DNA of 64,000 nt from an uncultured Chloroflexia bacterium (GTDB lineage Bacteria > Chloroflexota > Limnocylindria > Limnocylindrales > CSP1-4), in contig CAVXPZ010000003.1 in the NCBI GenBank assembly GCA_963763775.1, forward strand, positions 512,001 to 576,000, in the 5' to 3' direction. Both the position numbers and the translations under genes were made by a program. Each line of letters starts with the position of its first letter. The first letter of the stretch is position 1. Below, piece by piece: positions 1-9,678 of the stretch. The notes beneath the pieces were generated by a model, which searched no databases, was not told the DNA's origin, and saw only the letters and a program-made list of their open reading frames with translations.

Positions 1-1
1 G

Positions 2-292
2 GCCGACGGGTTCGAGGTCGTCGGCGACGCCTCGGACGGCAGCACCGGGCTCGCGGCCGCGCGCGCCCTGCGGCCGGACCTCGTGCTGCTCGACATCGGC
101 CTGCCGGACGTCGAGGGCTTCGACGTGGCCCGCGAGCTCGCCGTCGACGGTCCGCCGCCGCTCGTCGTCCTGACGTCCAGCCGCGAAGCCAGCGCCTACG
201 GCCCGCGCCTCGCCGATAGCCGGGCCCTCGGCTTCATCCCCAAGGACGAGCTCTCCGGCGCGGCGATCCGGGCCCTCGTTGACGGCCGATGA
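2..292 (+). CDS. response regulator receiver protein (5' partial)
   Basis: Open frame from the window edge: [13 protein letters not shown]...[12 protein letters not shown]...LTS...FIPK, receiver motifs. Confidence 0.85.
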   Translation, partial: ADGFEVVGDASDGSTGLAAARALRPDLVLLDIGLPDVEGFDVARELAVDGPPPLVVLTSSREASAYGPRLADSRALGFIPKDELSGAAIRALVDGR

Positions 293-942
293 CCCTTCGC
301 CTGGTCCTCGCGGACGACTCGCTCCTCCTCCGCGAGGGGATCGCGAGGCTGCTCGCCGATGCCGGTTTCGACGTGGTCGGCCGGGCCGGCGACGCCACCG
401 AGCTGTTGGCCGCGGTCCGCGAGCAGCGGCCGGACGTGGCCATCGTCGATATCCGCATGCCGCCGACGCACACCGATGAGGGCCTGCGCGCCGCCGAGGC
501 GATCCGCGCCGAGCACGGGACGGCCGTCGGGATCCTGGTCCTCTCGCAGTACGTCGAGACCACCTTCGCGCTCCGGCTCGTCGCCGACGGAGCGGGCGGC
601 GTCGGCTACCTGCTCAAGGACCGGGTCGACGACCTCGACGACTTCGCCGACGCCGTCCGTCGCATCGCCCGCGGTGGATCGGTCATCGACCCCGAGGTGG
701 TCGCCCAGCTGGTCGGGCGCCGTCGGTCGCGGGTGCCCCTGGACGACCTCAGCGAGCGCGAGCGCGAGGTCCTCGCCCTGATGGCCGAGGGCCGATCCAA
801 CCAGGCGATCTGCGATCGGCTGTTCCTCGCCCCGAAGACCGTCGAGGCGCACATCGCCAACATCTTCTCGAAGCTGGAGCTCCTGCCGGCCCCCGATGAC
901 CATCGCCGGGTCCTGGCGGTCCTGGCGCACCTCCGCGGCTGA
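289..942 (+). CDS. NarL/LuxR-family DNA-binding response regulator
   Basis: LADDS, VDIRMP, LSQY and GYLLK receiver motifs plus [24 protein letters not shown]. Confidence 0.95.
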   Translation: MTLRLVLADDSLLLREGIARLLADAGFDVVGRAGDATELLAAVREQRPDVAIVDIRMPPTHTDEGLRAAEAIRAEHGTAVGILVLSQYVETTFALRLVADGAGGVGYLLKDRVDDLDDFADAVRRIARGGSVIDPEVVAQLVGRRRSRVPLDDLSEREREVLALMAEGRSNQAICDRLFLAPKTVEAHIANIFSKLELLPAPDDHRRVLAVLAHLRG

Positions 943-978
943 GCAGGGTCTGCCCCGACCCGCGGTCGCGGGACTCCC

Positions 979-1010
979 CCGATGGCACGGCGCCGCACGG
1001 TCGCGATCGT
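979..1010 (+). promoter_or_regulatory. putative promoter motif CCGATG-N20-GATCGT
   Basis: Same motif and spacing recur at 1823-1854 upstream of the next gene. Confidence 0.35.
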
Positions 1011-1062
1011 GGTCGCAGGCCTCCGAACCCCGGGGCACGCATCACCGAAGGGAGCACCCACC

Positions 1063-1689
1063 ATGTCCACGCAGCCGATCTCCCGGATCGCCGGCCCGGT
1101 CGCCCTCGGCGTCGGCGCCGTGCTGCTGGTCCAGCAGCTCGTCATGGCGTCGATCCTCGACCGGACGCAGATCGAGACGACGATGGCGAACCCCCTCTAC
1201 CTCCCGAGCGCGATCGCCTACTTCTTCGCGTTCTGCGGGCTGCTCGTGTCGCTCGTCGCGGCGTACAGCTGGGAGTCCGAGGCCGCCGGCAAGGTCGGCG
1301 TGGTCGGGTTCGTCGCCGCGCTGGTCGGCACGATGTTCCTCACCGGCGACCTGTGGTTCGAGGCGTTCGCCGTGCCGTGGCTGGGCGATGTGGCGCCGGC
1401 GTCCCTCCACCTCGCCGGCGGGACCCTGATGGTCGGTGCGTTCATGAGTTACGTGCTGTTCGCTGCCGGTTGGGTCCTCTTCGGTCTCGCGAGCTTCCGG
1501 GCTCGAGTCTTCCCGCGGCCGATCTCCGTCGCGATCGTGGTCGGCGGGGCCATCGGGTTCCAGGCGGCGATGCCGCCGTTCGCGATCCCGCTGGCGATCG
1601 CGGTCGGATGTCTCGGGGCCTGGATGGTCCGGACCACGTCGACCGCGCGCGAGCCGGGCCCTGCCGCCGCGCTCGTGCCGGCCGCCTAG
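1063..1689 (+). CDS. multi-pass membrane protein, unknown function
   Basis: RBS AAGGGAG, MSTQPISRIAG start, about 6 hydrophobic segments. Confidence 0.8.
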   Translation: MSTQPISRIAGPVALGVGAVLLVQQLVMASILDRTQIETTMANPLYLPSAIAYFFAFCGLLVSLVAAYSWESEAAGKVGVVGFVAALVGTMFLTGDLWFEAFAVPWLGDVAPASLHLAGGTLMVGAFMSYVLFAAGWVLFGLASFRARVFPRPISVAIVVGGAIGFQAAMPPFAIPLAIAVGCLGAWMVRTTSTAREPGPAAALVPAA

Positions 1690-1822
1690 CTCCAGGAGGA
1701 TCCCGACGGCGGGGTCCGGTCGCGGCGAGGGCCGCATCGACCGGGCCCCGTCGTCGCACGTTCGGCCCTCGGACGGGTCCGCGACTTTAGGTGATGTCCG
1801 GTGGGGTCGTTGGGTCGATCGA

Positions 1823-1854
1823 CCGATGCCCGGGCAGCCGCCCCAGGCGAGAGT
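1823..1854 (+). promoter_or_regulatory. putative promoter motif CCGATG-N20-GAGAGT
   Basis: Matches the motif at 979-1010. Confidence 0.35.
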
Positions 1855-1911
1855 CGTAGGCAACGGCCTCACCCCCGATGACGGCCGAAATCGACCAGGA
1901 GGGATCGAGAC

Positions 1912-2231
1912 ATGACCGCACAGATGACCACCCAGCCGGCCGGTTCCGGGATCCGCGTCGCCCCGGCGATCGTGGCGATGATCGCCGTCCTTGCCTTCGC
2001 CGCCGGACTCGCGCTCGCCCACATCGATCGCCCCGGGCGCAGCGACCACCGCGCGCGGACCGGCGGCAGCCCGCTGCGGTGACGGCCGTCGACGCCGCGG
2101 TGCCCGCCGCGCGCGCCGGCGCCCTGACGGTCGCCCCGGCCTACGAGGCCGCGCACCGGGCGCTCCCGAACAAGCTCGACAGCCTACTCGTCGCTCACGG
2201 GCGACACCAAGGTCACGCTCGACAGCCGTGA
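1912..2231 (+). CDS. small membrane-anchored/secreted hypothetical protein (apparent frameshift near 2040-2070)
   Basis: AGGAGG RBS; MTAQMTTQ...IVAMIAVLAFAAGLALAH hydrophobic N-terminus; plausible continuation AVTAVDAAVPAA...HARQP in another frame. Confidence 0.45.
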
Positions 2232-2377
2232 GCTCGCCGCGGGCCGCGCTCGCTGAGGATCGCCTGGCGGCCGTCGAGCCGCGCCGGAACCTTTCGAGGC
2301 CGATCGTGGTGACCCACGGTCGGCCTCGTCGTCTGTTCGGCCGCCCGTCTCGTCAGGCGCCCGCCCGCGCGACGCGT

Positions 2378-2944
2378 CTACCCGGCGACGGGCTTGAGCA
2401 ACGCGTACTCGCCGTCGTAGCGGACCTGGAGGCTGTTGTTGAACAGGTTGAGCATGTTGATGTAGCCGACCAGGAACGTCAGCTCGACGAGTTCCGGGTC
2501 GCTGAAATGCTCGTGGACCTGCTGGACGAGCGACTCGGGGAGCCGGTTCGAGTCGGCCATCACGGCCCTCGTGTACTCGATCGCGAGCCGCTCGCGGGGC
2601 ACGAGCGCGTCCGTGTGCTCGATGACGTGGAGCGGGTCCTGGACGATGTCCGCGATGTCGACCAGGTCGCAGTGCGAGAACGTGCAGAACTGGCACTCGT
2701 TGGTCTTGGAGGCCGTGATGATCACGAGCTCCTTGACCCGGCGTTCGAGCAGGCCGCCCGGGTAGACGCTGTTCCCGAATCCGGCGAAGGCGCGCAGGAT
2801 CTCGGGCCGCAGGCACATCGCCTGGATCATCTCGACCGGCGGCCGGCCGCGCTCCCAGAGGCCCCGACTCTCGTCGAAGGACGGGTCGTCCTTGACGGCC
2901 TCGAACGCGGACTGGATCTGCTCCGGCGTGACGGTGACGCGCAT
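2378..2944 (-). CDS. carboxymuconolactone decarboxylase / AhpD-like peroxidase-related protein
   Basis: GGAGG RBS; KELVII..S..NECQFC..SH CxxC motif; ELVELTFLVGYINMLN. Confidence 0.85.
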   Translation of the reverse strand: MRVTVTPEQIQSAFEAVKDDPSFDESRGLWERGRPPVEMIQAMCLRPEILRAFAGFGNSVYPGGLLERRVKELVIITASKTNECQFCTFSHCDLVDIADIVQDPLHVIEHTDALVPRERLAIEYTRAVMADSNRLPESLVQQVHEHFSDPELVELTFLVGYINMLNLFNNSLQVRYDGEYALLKPVAG

Positions 2945-3190
2945 CGATGGACCTCCTGCAAGGGACGGCAGGGTACCGCGGGAGCGATGTGGTGGGCGCG
3001 GTGTCGTCACCGGGGACCGAGGGGTACTAGCAGTAGCCGTTCTGACGACGCGTTCCTCGTGGACGGAGGCGAATCCGACGTCGGAACGTCGAGTTCGCTC
3101 GAGCACCACGCTGGAATATCCAAGGATCGGTCACTGATGGTACCCGGGCACGGGGGCACGACCTGAGCGACGCCGACGCTTCCGCTAAGC

Positions 3191-3208
3191 TGGTTGTGTG
3201 CACAACCA
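3191..3208. promoter_or_regulatory. palindromic operator TGGTTGTG-TG-CACAACCA
   Basis: Perfect 8-bp arms right after a TAAGCT -10-like hexamer upstream of the DsbA gene. Confidence 0.55.
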
Positions 3209-3250
3209 TGCGGCCCGACCCGGTCGATCCCGATCCCGACAGCGACGTTC

Positions 3251-3896
3251 GTGATCGTCGAGATCTGGTCCGACGTGGCTTGTCCGTGGTGCTACATCGG
3301 CAAACGGCGCTTCGAGCGCGCACTGGCCGACTTCGATGGCGCCGAGGACGTCGAGGTCACGTGGCGGAGCTACCAGCTCGACCCGACGATCCCGCGCGGC
3401 ATCGCGGACGCCGCATGACGAGTCGCTCGCCGCGAAGTTCGGCGCGACCCCCGACCAGATCCGGGTCATGAACGAGCGGGTCGTGACGCTCGCCGCCGAG
3501 GAAGGCCTCGAGTACCACTTCGAGCGCTACATCACGGTCAACACCTTCGACGCGCACCGGATGACGCACCTGGCGGCAGCGCATGGCCTCGGGGCGGCGA
3601 TGCACGAGCGGCTCTTCCGGGCGCAGTTCGTCGAGGGCGAGGTCCTCGACGACCCGGACACGCTCGTCCGTCTGGCGGGCGAGGTCGGCGTCCCCGCCGA
3701 CGAGGCTCGACGCGCGATCGAGACCGACGCGTTCGCCAGCGAGGTCGCCGAGGACATCGATGAGGCTCGGCGCATCGGCGTGAGCGGCGTCCCGTTCTAC
3801 GTCCTCGACCGCCGGTACGGGATCTCCGGCGCCCAGCCGACCGAGCTGTTCCTCGAGGCCCTTCGACAGGCCCGGGCGACCGCCATCATCCCGTGA
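3251..3896 (+). CDS. DsbA-family oxidoreductase (FrnE-like), frameshift near 3410
   Basis: VEIWSDVACPWCYIGKRRF in one frame; NTFDAHR...GVSGVPF...ISGAQP in the next. Confidence 0.85.
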
Positions 3897-3994
3897 TGGA
3901 CGACTGGGCGACCTTCGACGACGCCCGGTCGGCGACGATCGCGCTCATCGACTGAGTCGGCCGACGCGGCCGAAGTCGCTGGATCGCCGGACCC

Positions 3995-4436
3995 TCAGCT
4001 CGCGGCTTGCTTCACCAGATGCCGCGATCCGCTCCTCGACCTCGGGGGTCAGCTCGAGCACGGCGTAGGCATTCGGCCACATACGGCCGTCGTCCAGCCG
4101 AGCGTCCGGCTGGAACCCGAGGGTCGCGTAGCGCACCTTGAACTTGGACGCCGGCTGGAAGAAGCAGATCGACTTGCCGTCCTTCGCGTAGGCGGGCATC
4201 CCGTACCAGGTCTTCGACGTCAGCTCCGGCGCGGCCGCCTTGACGATCTCGTGGATGCGTGCGGCCATGCTGCGGTCCGGCTCCGACAGCTCGGCGATCT
4301 TGGCGAGCACGTCGGCCTCGCCGGCCGCATCGTCGGCGCCGCGCTTCGCGTCCCGTTTGGCTTCCGCCGCGGCCTCCCGCATCGCGGCCTTCTCCTCGGC
4401 GGTCCAGATCTGGGTCTTCGCGGGCTTCGTTGCCAT
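3995..4436 (-). CDS. DUF1801/YdhG-like protein (1-nt frameshift near C-terminus)
   Basis: [32 protein letters not shown]; removing one base gives IAALVKQAAS*. Confidence 0.8.
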
Positions 4437-4542
4437 GGGTGGTTCCTCGCTTCCGGCAGTCGTGGTGACAACGATGCTAGTCGCCACTCGGCCCTCGGGC
4501 TTCTCGAAACGTGACCGAGTCGCCTGGCGCCGCCGTGGCAGA

Positions 4543-4927
4543 TCAGCTCGACATCGGCTCGGGCTGCCAGAGCTCGATCTTCGTGCCCTCCGGGTCGACG
4601 ATGTGCGCGAAGCGGCCGTTCGGCTGGTCAGGGAACACGGTCGCCTCCACGCCGTGCGTGGCGCAGCTGGCCAGGATGCCGTCCAGATCGTCGACGGCGA
4701 GGTTGAGCATGAAGTCCTTCGCCGATGGCTCGAAGTAGGTCGTGTCGGCCTCGAACGCGCTGAAGACCGTCCCGGCGCCCGGCTGGGCGGCCATCGCCTC
4801 CGGTCGGAAGACGACACCGCCCCAATCCTCGACCTCGAGGCCGAGGACATCGCGGTACCAGGCGATGAGGGCGGCCGGGTCCGTCGCCTTGAAGAACACG
4901 CCGCCGATCGCCGAGGACCCTGGCCAT
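4543..4927 (-). CDS. VOC/glyoxalase-family protein (frameshift near start)
   Basis: MARVLG(I)GGVFFKA..P..L..WY..LG; NLAVDDLD; [19 protein letters not shown]. Confidence 0.85.
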
Positions 4928-4953
4928 CCGAACCTCCTTGACCTCGATGCTGT

Positions 4954-5783
4954 TCAGGCGACGCCGTCGCGGTCTCGCCGTCTGGCGAGGCCCTCGAGCT
5001 GCCCGGCGTGCACGTCGCTCACCCACTCCCAGCCGGGCGCGGCCGATGGCCCGATCCGCGGGTCGCTTGGGACCGTCGCGTCGCGCAACGCGCACACGTA
5101 CGCCCGATCCAGGTCGATCCGCGCTTGGAGCTGCCCAGCGTCGCCGATGGACCCGTGGCCCGGGACGAGCGACATCGACGTCGCCCGCCACGCCCTCGAG
5201 CAGTCGCAGCGCGGCGAGGTAGTCCTCGATCGGGTCAGTCGGCGCTCAGGTCGAGCATCGGGATCAGGACATCGGAGAGCATGTCGCCCGCGACGAGCAC
5301 CCGGCGCGCCTCGATCACCAGCGCCGCATGGCCGGGGGCGTGCGCTCGATGCTCGATGATCCGGACGAGCGGGCCATCCCACGGGATCCGTGCCGCCTCG
5401 GCGGGCAAGCCGGTGACGAGACCGAGCAGGTCCAGGGGGACGTCGTCGGCGATCTCCGGCGGCAGCTCCTCGGCCTCGCGGGCCTTCCAGTCCGGGTCCG
5501 ACATCTGATCGCGGACCGACGCCGCGCAGCGGGCGGTGGCGTACCGGGGGGCGACGCCGAGCCTGGCGTGCCAGAGCAGGTGATCCCAATGCGGATGCGT
5601 CGAGAAACCCGCCACGACGGTCTGGCCCGCATCGGCGAGGTCGTTCGCGAGGCAGTCCATCTCGGCGCCGGTCACGCCCGGGTCGATGAGCAACGTGCCG
5701 GCGCGGCCCTGCACGACCACGGCGTTGCTCTGGAGGAACTCGCTCTGGTGGACCAGCACGCCGTCCGCGACCTGCGTCAGCAC
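4954..5783 (-). CDS. MBL-fold metallo-hydrolase (frameshift near 5235)
   Basis: [26 protein letters not shown]; continues to LVPGHG in another frame. Confidence 0.85.
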
Positions 5784-5832
5784 GGGTGGCTCCTTCCGCT
5801 GGTGGTTGGCATCCGATCCACGTGCGGATGGT

Positions 5833-5855
5833 CGTCGCGGGCGCTACCCACGACG
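5833..5855 (-). terminator. hairpin just downstream of the outer tRNA 3'-end copy (possible native tRNA-Arg terminator)
   Basis: CGTCGTGGGT-AGC-GCCCGCGACG on the minus strand, a few nt after ...GCGCCA; no clear U-tract. Confidence 0.4.
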
Positions 5856-5861
5856 TCGGTG

Positions 5862-5960
5862 ATGGCGCGCCCGACAGGTGTTGGAGCGCGATCTGCAACC
5901 TACACCATCCCGATCGAGGGTCGCGATGAGTGGCTGGCCGCGGCGAGGCGCCTAGCGTGA
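5862..5960 (+). pseudogene. displaced C-terminal tail of a putative att-split recombinase, copy 1
   Basis: MARPTGVGARSATYTIPIEGRDEWLAAARRLA*; 99-bp homolog of 11150-11248. Confidence 0.6.
5863..5878 (-). repeat. att core copy 1 (tRNA-Arg 3' end CCTGTCGGGCGCGCCA)
   Basis: TGGCGCGCCCGACAGG identical to 16118-16133. Confidence 0.9.
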
Positions 5961-6328
5961 GGCATCGCCCCGCCGTGTGCGCGACCGACCGGGAGGTCGT
6001 CGTCGTGGCCGCGGTCCTCGAGTCCGGGTCGGAGAAGGCGGCCGCCCATCGCCTCGGCCTGTCACATTCCACGGTCAAGCACCACCTGGCGAATGCGTGG
6101 TCGGAGGTCGGAACAGAGACGACGACGCAGCTCGTATGGATCCTGGTTCCTGGCCTGCCGGAACCGGAGGGCGGGAGTCGACGGAACGTGTCGCGGTCGG
6201 AATCGGGTGTCGCAATATGGAACGATGCCGCGCGACCTGCCCTCATAGTGTCGAATGCGGCCGCCGGCCGCGACACAGTGGGACATCGCAATGCAGCGCG
6301 ACCTCGTCCTCCGCGCGGCGACCGGTGA
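5957..6328 (+). CDS. small LuxR-C-terminal-like HTH protein (3' part probably read-through)
   Basis: GTGA overlap with the tail stop; TDREVVVVAAVLESGSEKAAAHRLGLSHSTVKHHLANA HTH. Confidence 0.6.
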   Translation: MRHRPAVCATDREVVVVAAVLESGSEKAAAHRLGLSHSTVKHHLANAWSEVGTETTTQLVWILVPGLPEPEGGSRRNVSRSESGVAIWNDAARPALIVSNAAAGRDTVGHRNAARPRPPRGDR

Positions 6329-6846
6329 CCACGACGCGTTCGCGTCGCTGGCGACCGGTGCCTACGAGCGGCTCCACCGAACCGCGCAGCTGATCCTCCG
6401 CCGCGAGGACCTTGCGTCGGACGCCGTCCAGGAGGCGCTCACCTCGGCGTGGCTGCACATCCGGGCCGTCCGTGACCCAGACCGCTTCGACGCCTGGCTC
6501 AACCGCCTGGTCGTGCGCGCCTGCTACGAGGAGCTCCGTCGAGCGAAGCGAAGGCCGATCCAGGTCCGCGTGGACTTGCTCGAGGGACCGGGGGTCGAGG
6601 ATTTCGACCGTGGCTCTCGCGGATCGGGACCAGCTGGAGCGCGGCTTCCAGCACGTCTCCGTCGACCATCGAGCGGTCCTCGTGGTCCACCACTACTTGG
6701 GACTGGCGGACGCTGATGCCGCGGTAGTCCTGGGCATCCCCATCGGCACCTACAAGTCCCGTCTCAATCGCGCCCACCTCTCGCTGCGCGCGGCCCTCGA
6801 GGCCGACGCCCGCGTGGCCGGGATCGGCCAGGAGTCCATCGCATGA
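6291..6846 (+). CDS. ECF sigma-70 factor (frameshift near 6605)
   Basis: LVLRAATGDHDAF, ASDAVQEA, FDAWL, GIPIGTYKSRLNRA; GGAAC...CCTCATA ECF-like promoter at about 6219-6247. Confidence 0.88.
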
Positions 6847-8090
6847 CTGCCCAGAACGACCTCGACCGGGCCCTCGGCGCGTGGCTCCACGGGGACGCCA
6901 CGACCGCGCCACCGCCCGAGCCCCTGGCTCGAGCGATCGAGTCGACCCGCCACCTCCGCCCACGGCCCGCCCCCGTCGCGCGGATCGGCAGCTCCTGGGT
7001 CGGGTCGGGCGAGAGCAACCGCGTCCTCAGCGGTATCCGCGGCCTTCGGCCCGCTCTTCTCGTCGCGCTCGTCGCGCTGCTCGCCCTGGCACTCGTCGGC
7101 GGGGCCCTTCTGGTCGGGGGCCGGCTACTGCCTCGCCCGCCCGCGCCGCACGCGTACGCGGACCGGTTCGCGTCGTTGCCCGATCTGCCGACGCCGGTTG
7201 GCTCGCCGATCGTCGTCGAGCTCCAGGACGGCCGCGTCCTGGTCGTCGGGAGCATCTTCGGGCTGACGCCGTTCGTGTACGACCCGACGACGAGCACGTC
7301 GGTGGCGACCGGCCCGGTGCTGTCGGCGGACGGCATCCTCGGCAATGCGGTCCGCCTTCGCGACGGGCGCGTCCTCCTCACGGGGGACGGGGTCTCCCAA
7401 GTGTTCGACCCCGCGACGATGTCGTTCGCACCGACCGGGCCGATGGTGACGGCGCGCTCGTTCCCGATGCTCGCGACGCTGCCCGACGGACGGGTGCTCG
7501 TTGCCGGAGGCGTTCAGCCCGGGACCGACACGCGGATCCACTCGGCGGAGCTGTTCGACCCCAAGACGCTGACGTTCTCACCGACGGGCTCGATGGCCTA
7601 CGACGCCGGCGACCTCGTCACGTTGCCAGACGGCCGGGTCTTCGTCGCCTCCAGCCCCAACGCCGAGATCTACGACCCTCGGTCCGGGACGTTCGCCTTC
7701 GCCGGTGTCCTCCCGAACGGTGTCACGGGCGCGACCGCCCTCCCCGATGGCCGCGTCGTGCTCGTCGGGGTCTTGAGCGTCACGGGGATGCAGTCCAACG
7801 GCTTCGTCGGGGTCTGGGACCCGGCGGGATCGACGTACCGGGAGCTGTGGGGCGGATCTCAGTCGCATCCGCTCTGGAGCGCGAGCACCCTCGACGACGG
7901 CCGAGTCCTCGTGACCGGTGGGCGCCCAGCCGCCTGGGCCGGTGTCCTCGATCCGGCGACCGGGCAGATGAAGCCGGTCACGCCGCCAGCCTGGAGCCGG
8001 CCCACGGTCACGCGACTCTCCGATGGCAGGGTGCTGATCGTCGGCGGGATGGACGACGGCGCCGGATCGACCGTGCAGGTCTTCCAGTGA
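6843..8090 (+). CDS. membrane-anchored Kelch-repeat protein, putative anti-sigma factor
   Basis: ATGA overlap with the sigma gene; one TM helix; repeated LxDGRVLVxGG...FDPxT Kelch blades. Confidence 0.8.
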   Translation: MTAQNDLDRALGAWLHGDATTAPPPEPLARAIESTRHLRPRPAPVARIGSSWVGSGESNRVLSGIRGLRPALLVALVALLALALVGGALLVGGRLLPRPPAPHAYADRFASLPDLPTPVGSPIVVELQDGRVLVVGSIFGLTPFVYDPTTSTSVATGPVLSADGILGNAVRLRDGRVLLTGDGVSQVFDPATMSFAPTGPMVTARSFPMLATLPDGRVLVAGGVQPGTDTRIHSAELFDPKTLTFSPTGSMAYDAGDLVTLPDGRVFVASSPNAEIYDPRSGTFAFAGVLPNGVTGATALPDGRVVLVGVLSVTGMQSNGFVGVWDPAGSTYRELWGGSQSHPLWSASTLDDGRVLVTGGRPAAWAGVLDPATGQMKPVTPPAWSRPTVTRLSDGRVLIVGGMDDGAGSTVQVFQ

Positions 8091-8148
8091 ACCTGCTCGG
8101 TCACTGTCGCGACTACGAGCGGATCGCCGCGGCCTCGCGGCTCCGCGC

Positions 8149-8325
8149 ATGAGGGACGGTCACTTGCGGGGCTCGCTGACCCGACCCGCAACGCAGTCCC
8201 AGATGGATGTGCTCGCGGCCTTCGTCGCTGCAGGAGGATCGGTCCAGGGCGCCGGCGAGCTCGTGGGCATTCAACCAGGCGGCCGTGCACAGACCCACGA
8301 CGCAACTGGCACTCGGCCGAGGTAG
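8149..8325 (+). pseudogene. truncated paralog of the 11245 HTH gene, preceded by a decayed recombinase tail
   Basis: MRDGHLRGSLTRPATQSQMDVLAAFVAAGGSVQGAGELVGIQP versus MRDGYQRGVLPPQATRRQMDVLAAYVAAGGSVHDAADLVGIRP; upstream frame ends ...ERIAAASRLRA* with ATGA overlap. Confidence 0.7.
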
Positions 8326-8353
8326 GAACGACAAGGCGCAGCTCGTACGTGGG

Positions 8354-8785
8354 TCAGTCGGAACGGTTTGTCTGCTTCGTCATCGCGTCCCTAACGCGAG
8401 CGGTGTCCACGAACTGCTCGAACCGGACGATGCGCCCGGCTCGCACGACGAAGTGATGGGCGACCCGGCATGCCAGAGTGTTGCCCGTGACACGGTGGGT
8501 CGCGGTATATCGAGCAAGAACGACGACGTCCTCTCCATCGACCACGTAGGTGTCGTCATGCGCGGTCCACTCGTCCCACTCCCGCCCAAGCGCTTCCATG
8601 ACGTTCGTGGTGACACCCTCCGGAGTCCGATACGTCCCGCCGAGCGGGAAGCCGGACATCTCGGTCCACTCCACGTCGGGTGCCAGGGTCTCCCGGAGCG
8701 CTGCCAGATCACCCGCGGCGGACGCGAGGTACTGCCGGCGGACGACGTCCGCGGGTGAGGATCCGTCGGCCTCGATCAGCCCCAC
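8354..8785 (-). CDS. SnoaL/NTF2-like protein
   Basis: LAPDVEWTE..GFPLGGTY; RIVRFEQFVDT. Confidence 0.88.
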   Translation of the reverse strand: MGLIEADGSSPADVVRRQYLASAAGDLAALRETLAPDVEWTEMSGFPLGGTYRTPEGVTTNVMEALGREWDEWTAHDDTYVVDGEDVVVLARYTATHRVTGNTLACRVAHHFVVRAGRIVRFEQFVDTARVRDAMTKQTNRSD

Positions 8786-9582
8786 GTCATCTCTCCCTTC
8801 GCCACCTTGGATCCAAGGCCGGCGGCGACCACCAGGCCGGCATTCGGGTAGGCGGCGATCAGCGCCGCCTCGAGCGCCGCACCGTCGCGCGACTCCGACA
8901 CGAGGGCTTCAAAGCTCTCGAGATACGCGCGGGTGTGGCTGATCGCCGTCGTGTCGGTGGGCGCGCCGGCCGCGCGGTGGCCGGCGACGACGAACGCCGG
9001 CGACAGCGCCAGCAGGTCCTCCAGTACGCGGATCCACTCGGCGCGGAGCTCGGTCGTCGCGGAATCAGCAGTCCAGACGTGCAGGCCCTCGAACAGGAGC
9101 ACCCCGCCGAAGAGCGAGCGGCTTCCCGGCTCCCAGAGGAACCACGCGCGATCGCCGAGCTGGTCGCTCCCGCGCCGGACCTGGATCGTGGTCCCGTCGA
9201 CCGTGAGGGTCGTCCCGCCGAGCTCCTCGATCTCGACGAGCCGTGTCGGCAGGTTGGCGCCGAGGTGCGCCCAGGCCTTCAGCTTTCCCTCGTAGCTGGC
9301 GCGGATATGGTCGATCACGTCGGCAGGGGCGACGAATCGGGCCTCGGGGAAGGCGTCGGCGATGACCTCGGCGCCGAAGTAGAAGTCCGGGTCGCCGGCG
9401 CTGATGACGACGGTGTGGAGCGTCCTGCCCGAGTCGAGGACGGCGGCTGCGATGCGGTGGCCGTCGGCGCGGGTGAAGGCGGCATCGACGACGAGGGCCT
9501 CGGTGTCACCGGCCACGAGGACGCTCGTCTTGTGGAGTGACGTCGGGGCGCTGTCGAGAATGGAATAGGTCAGTGCGGTCAT
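8776..9582 (-). CDS. MBL-fold metallo-hydrolase (degenerate metal motif ISAGDPDF)
   Basis: LVVDAAFTRADG, ISAGDPDFYFG, HVWTAD, VVAGH; AAGGA RBS. Confidence 0.85.
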   Translation of the reverse strand: MTALTYSILDSAPTSLHKTSVLVAGDTEALVVDAAFTRADGHRIAAAVLDSGRTLHTVVISAGDPDFYFGAEVIADAFPEARFVAPADVIDHIRASYEGKLKAWAHLGANLPTRLVEIEELGGTTLTVDGTTIQVRRGSDQLGDRAWFLWEPGSRSLFGGVLLFEGLHVWTADSATTELRAEWIRVLEDLLALSPAFVVAGHRAAGAPTDTTAISHTRAYLESFEALVSESRDGAALEAALIAAYPNAGLVVAAGLGSKVAKGEMTWG

Positions 9583-9678
9583 GGTGTCCTTCACGGTGCA
9601 AGCGGCTGGAACGGCACGGTCAGCGTAAGACCGCAGGTCTTGTGGGTCACGGTCGGGACAGGGCGTACGATGGTGAAA

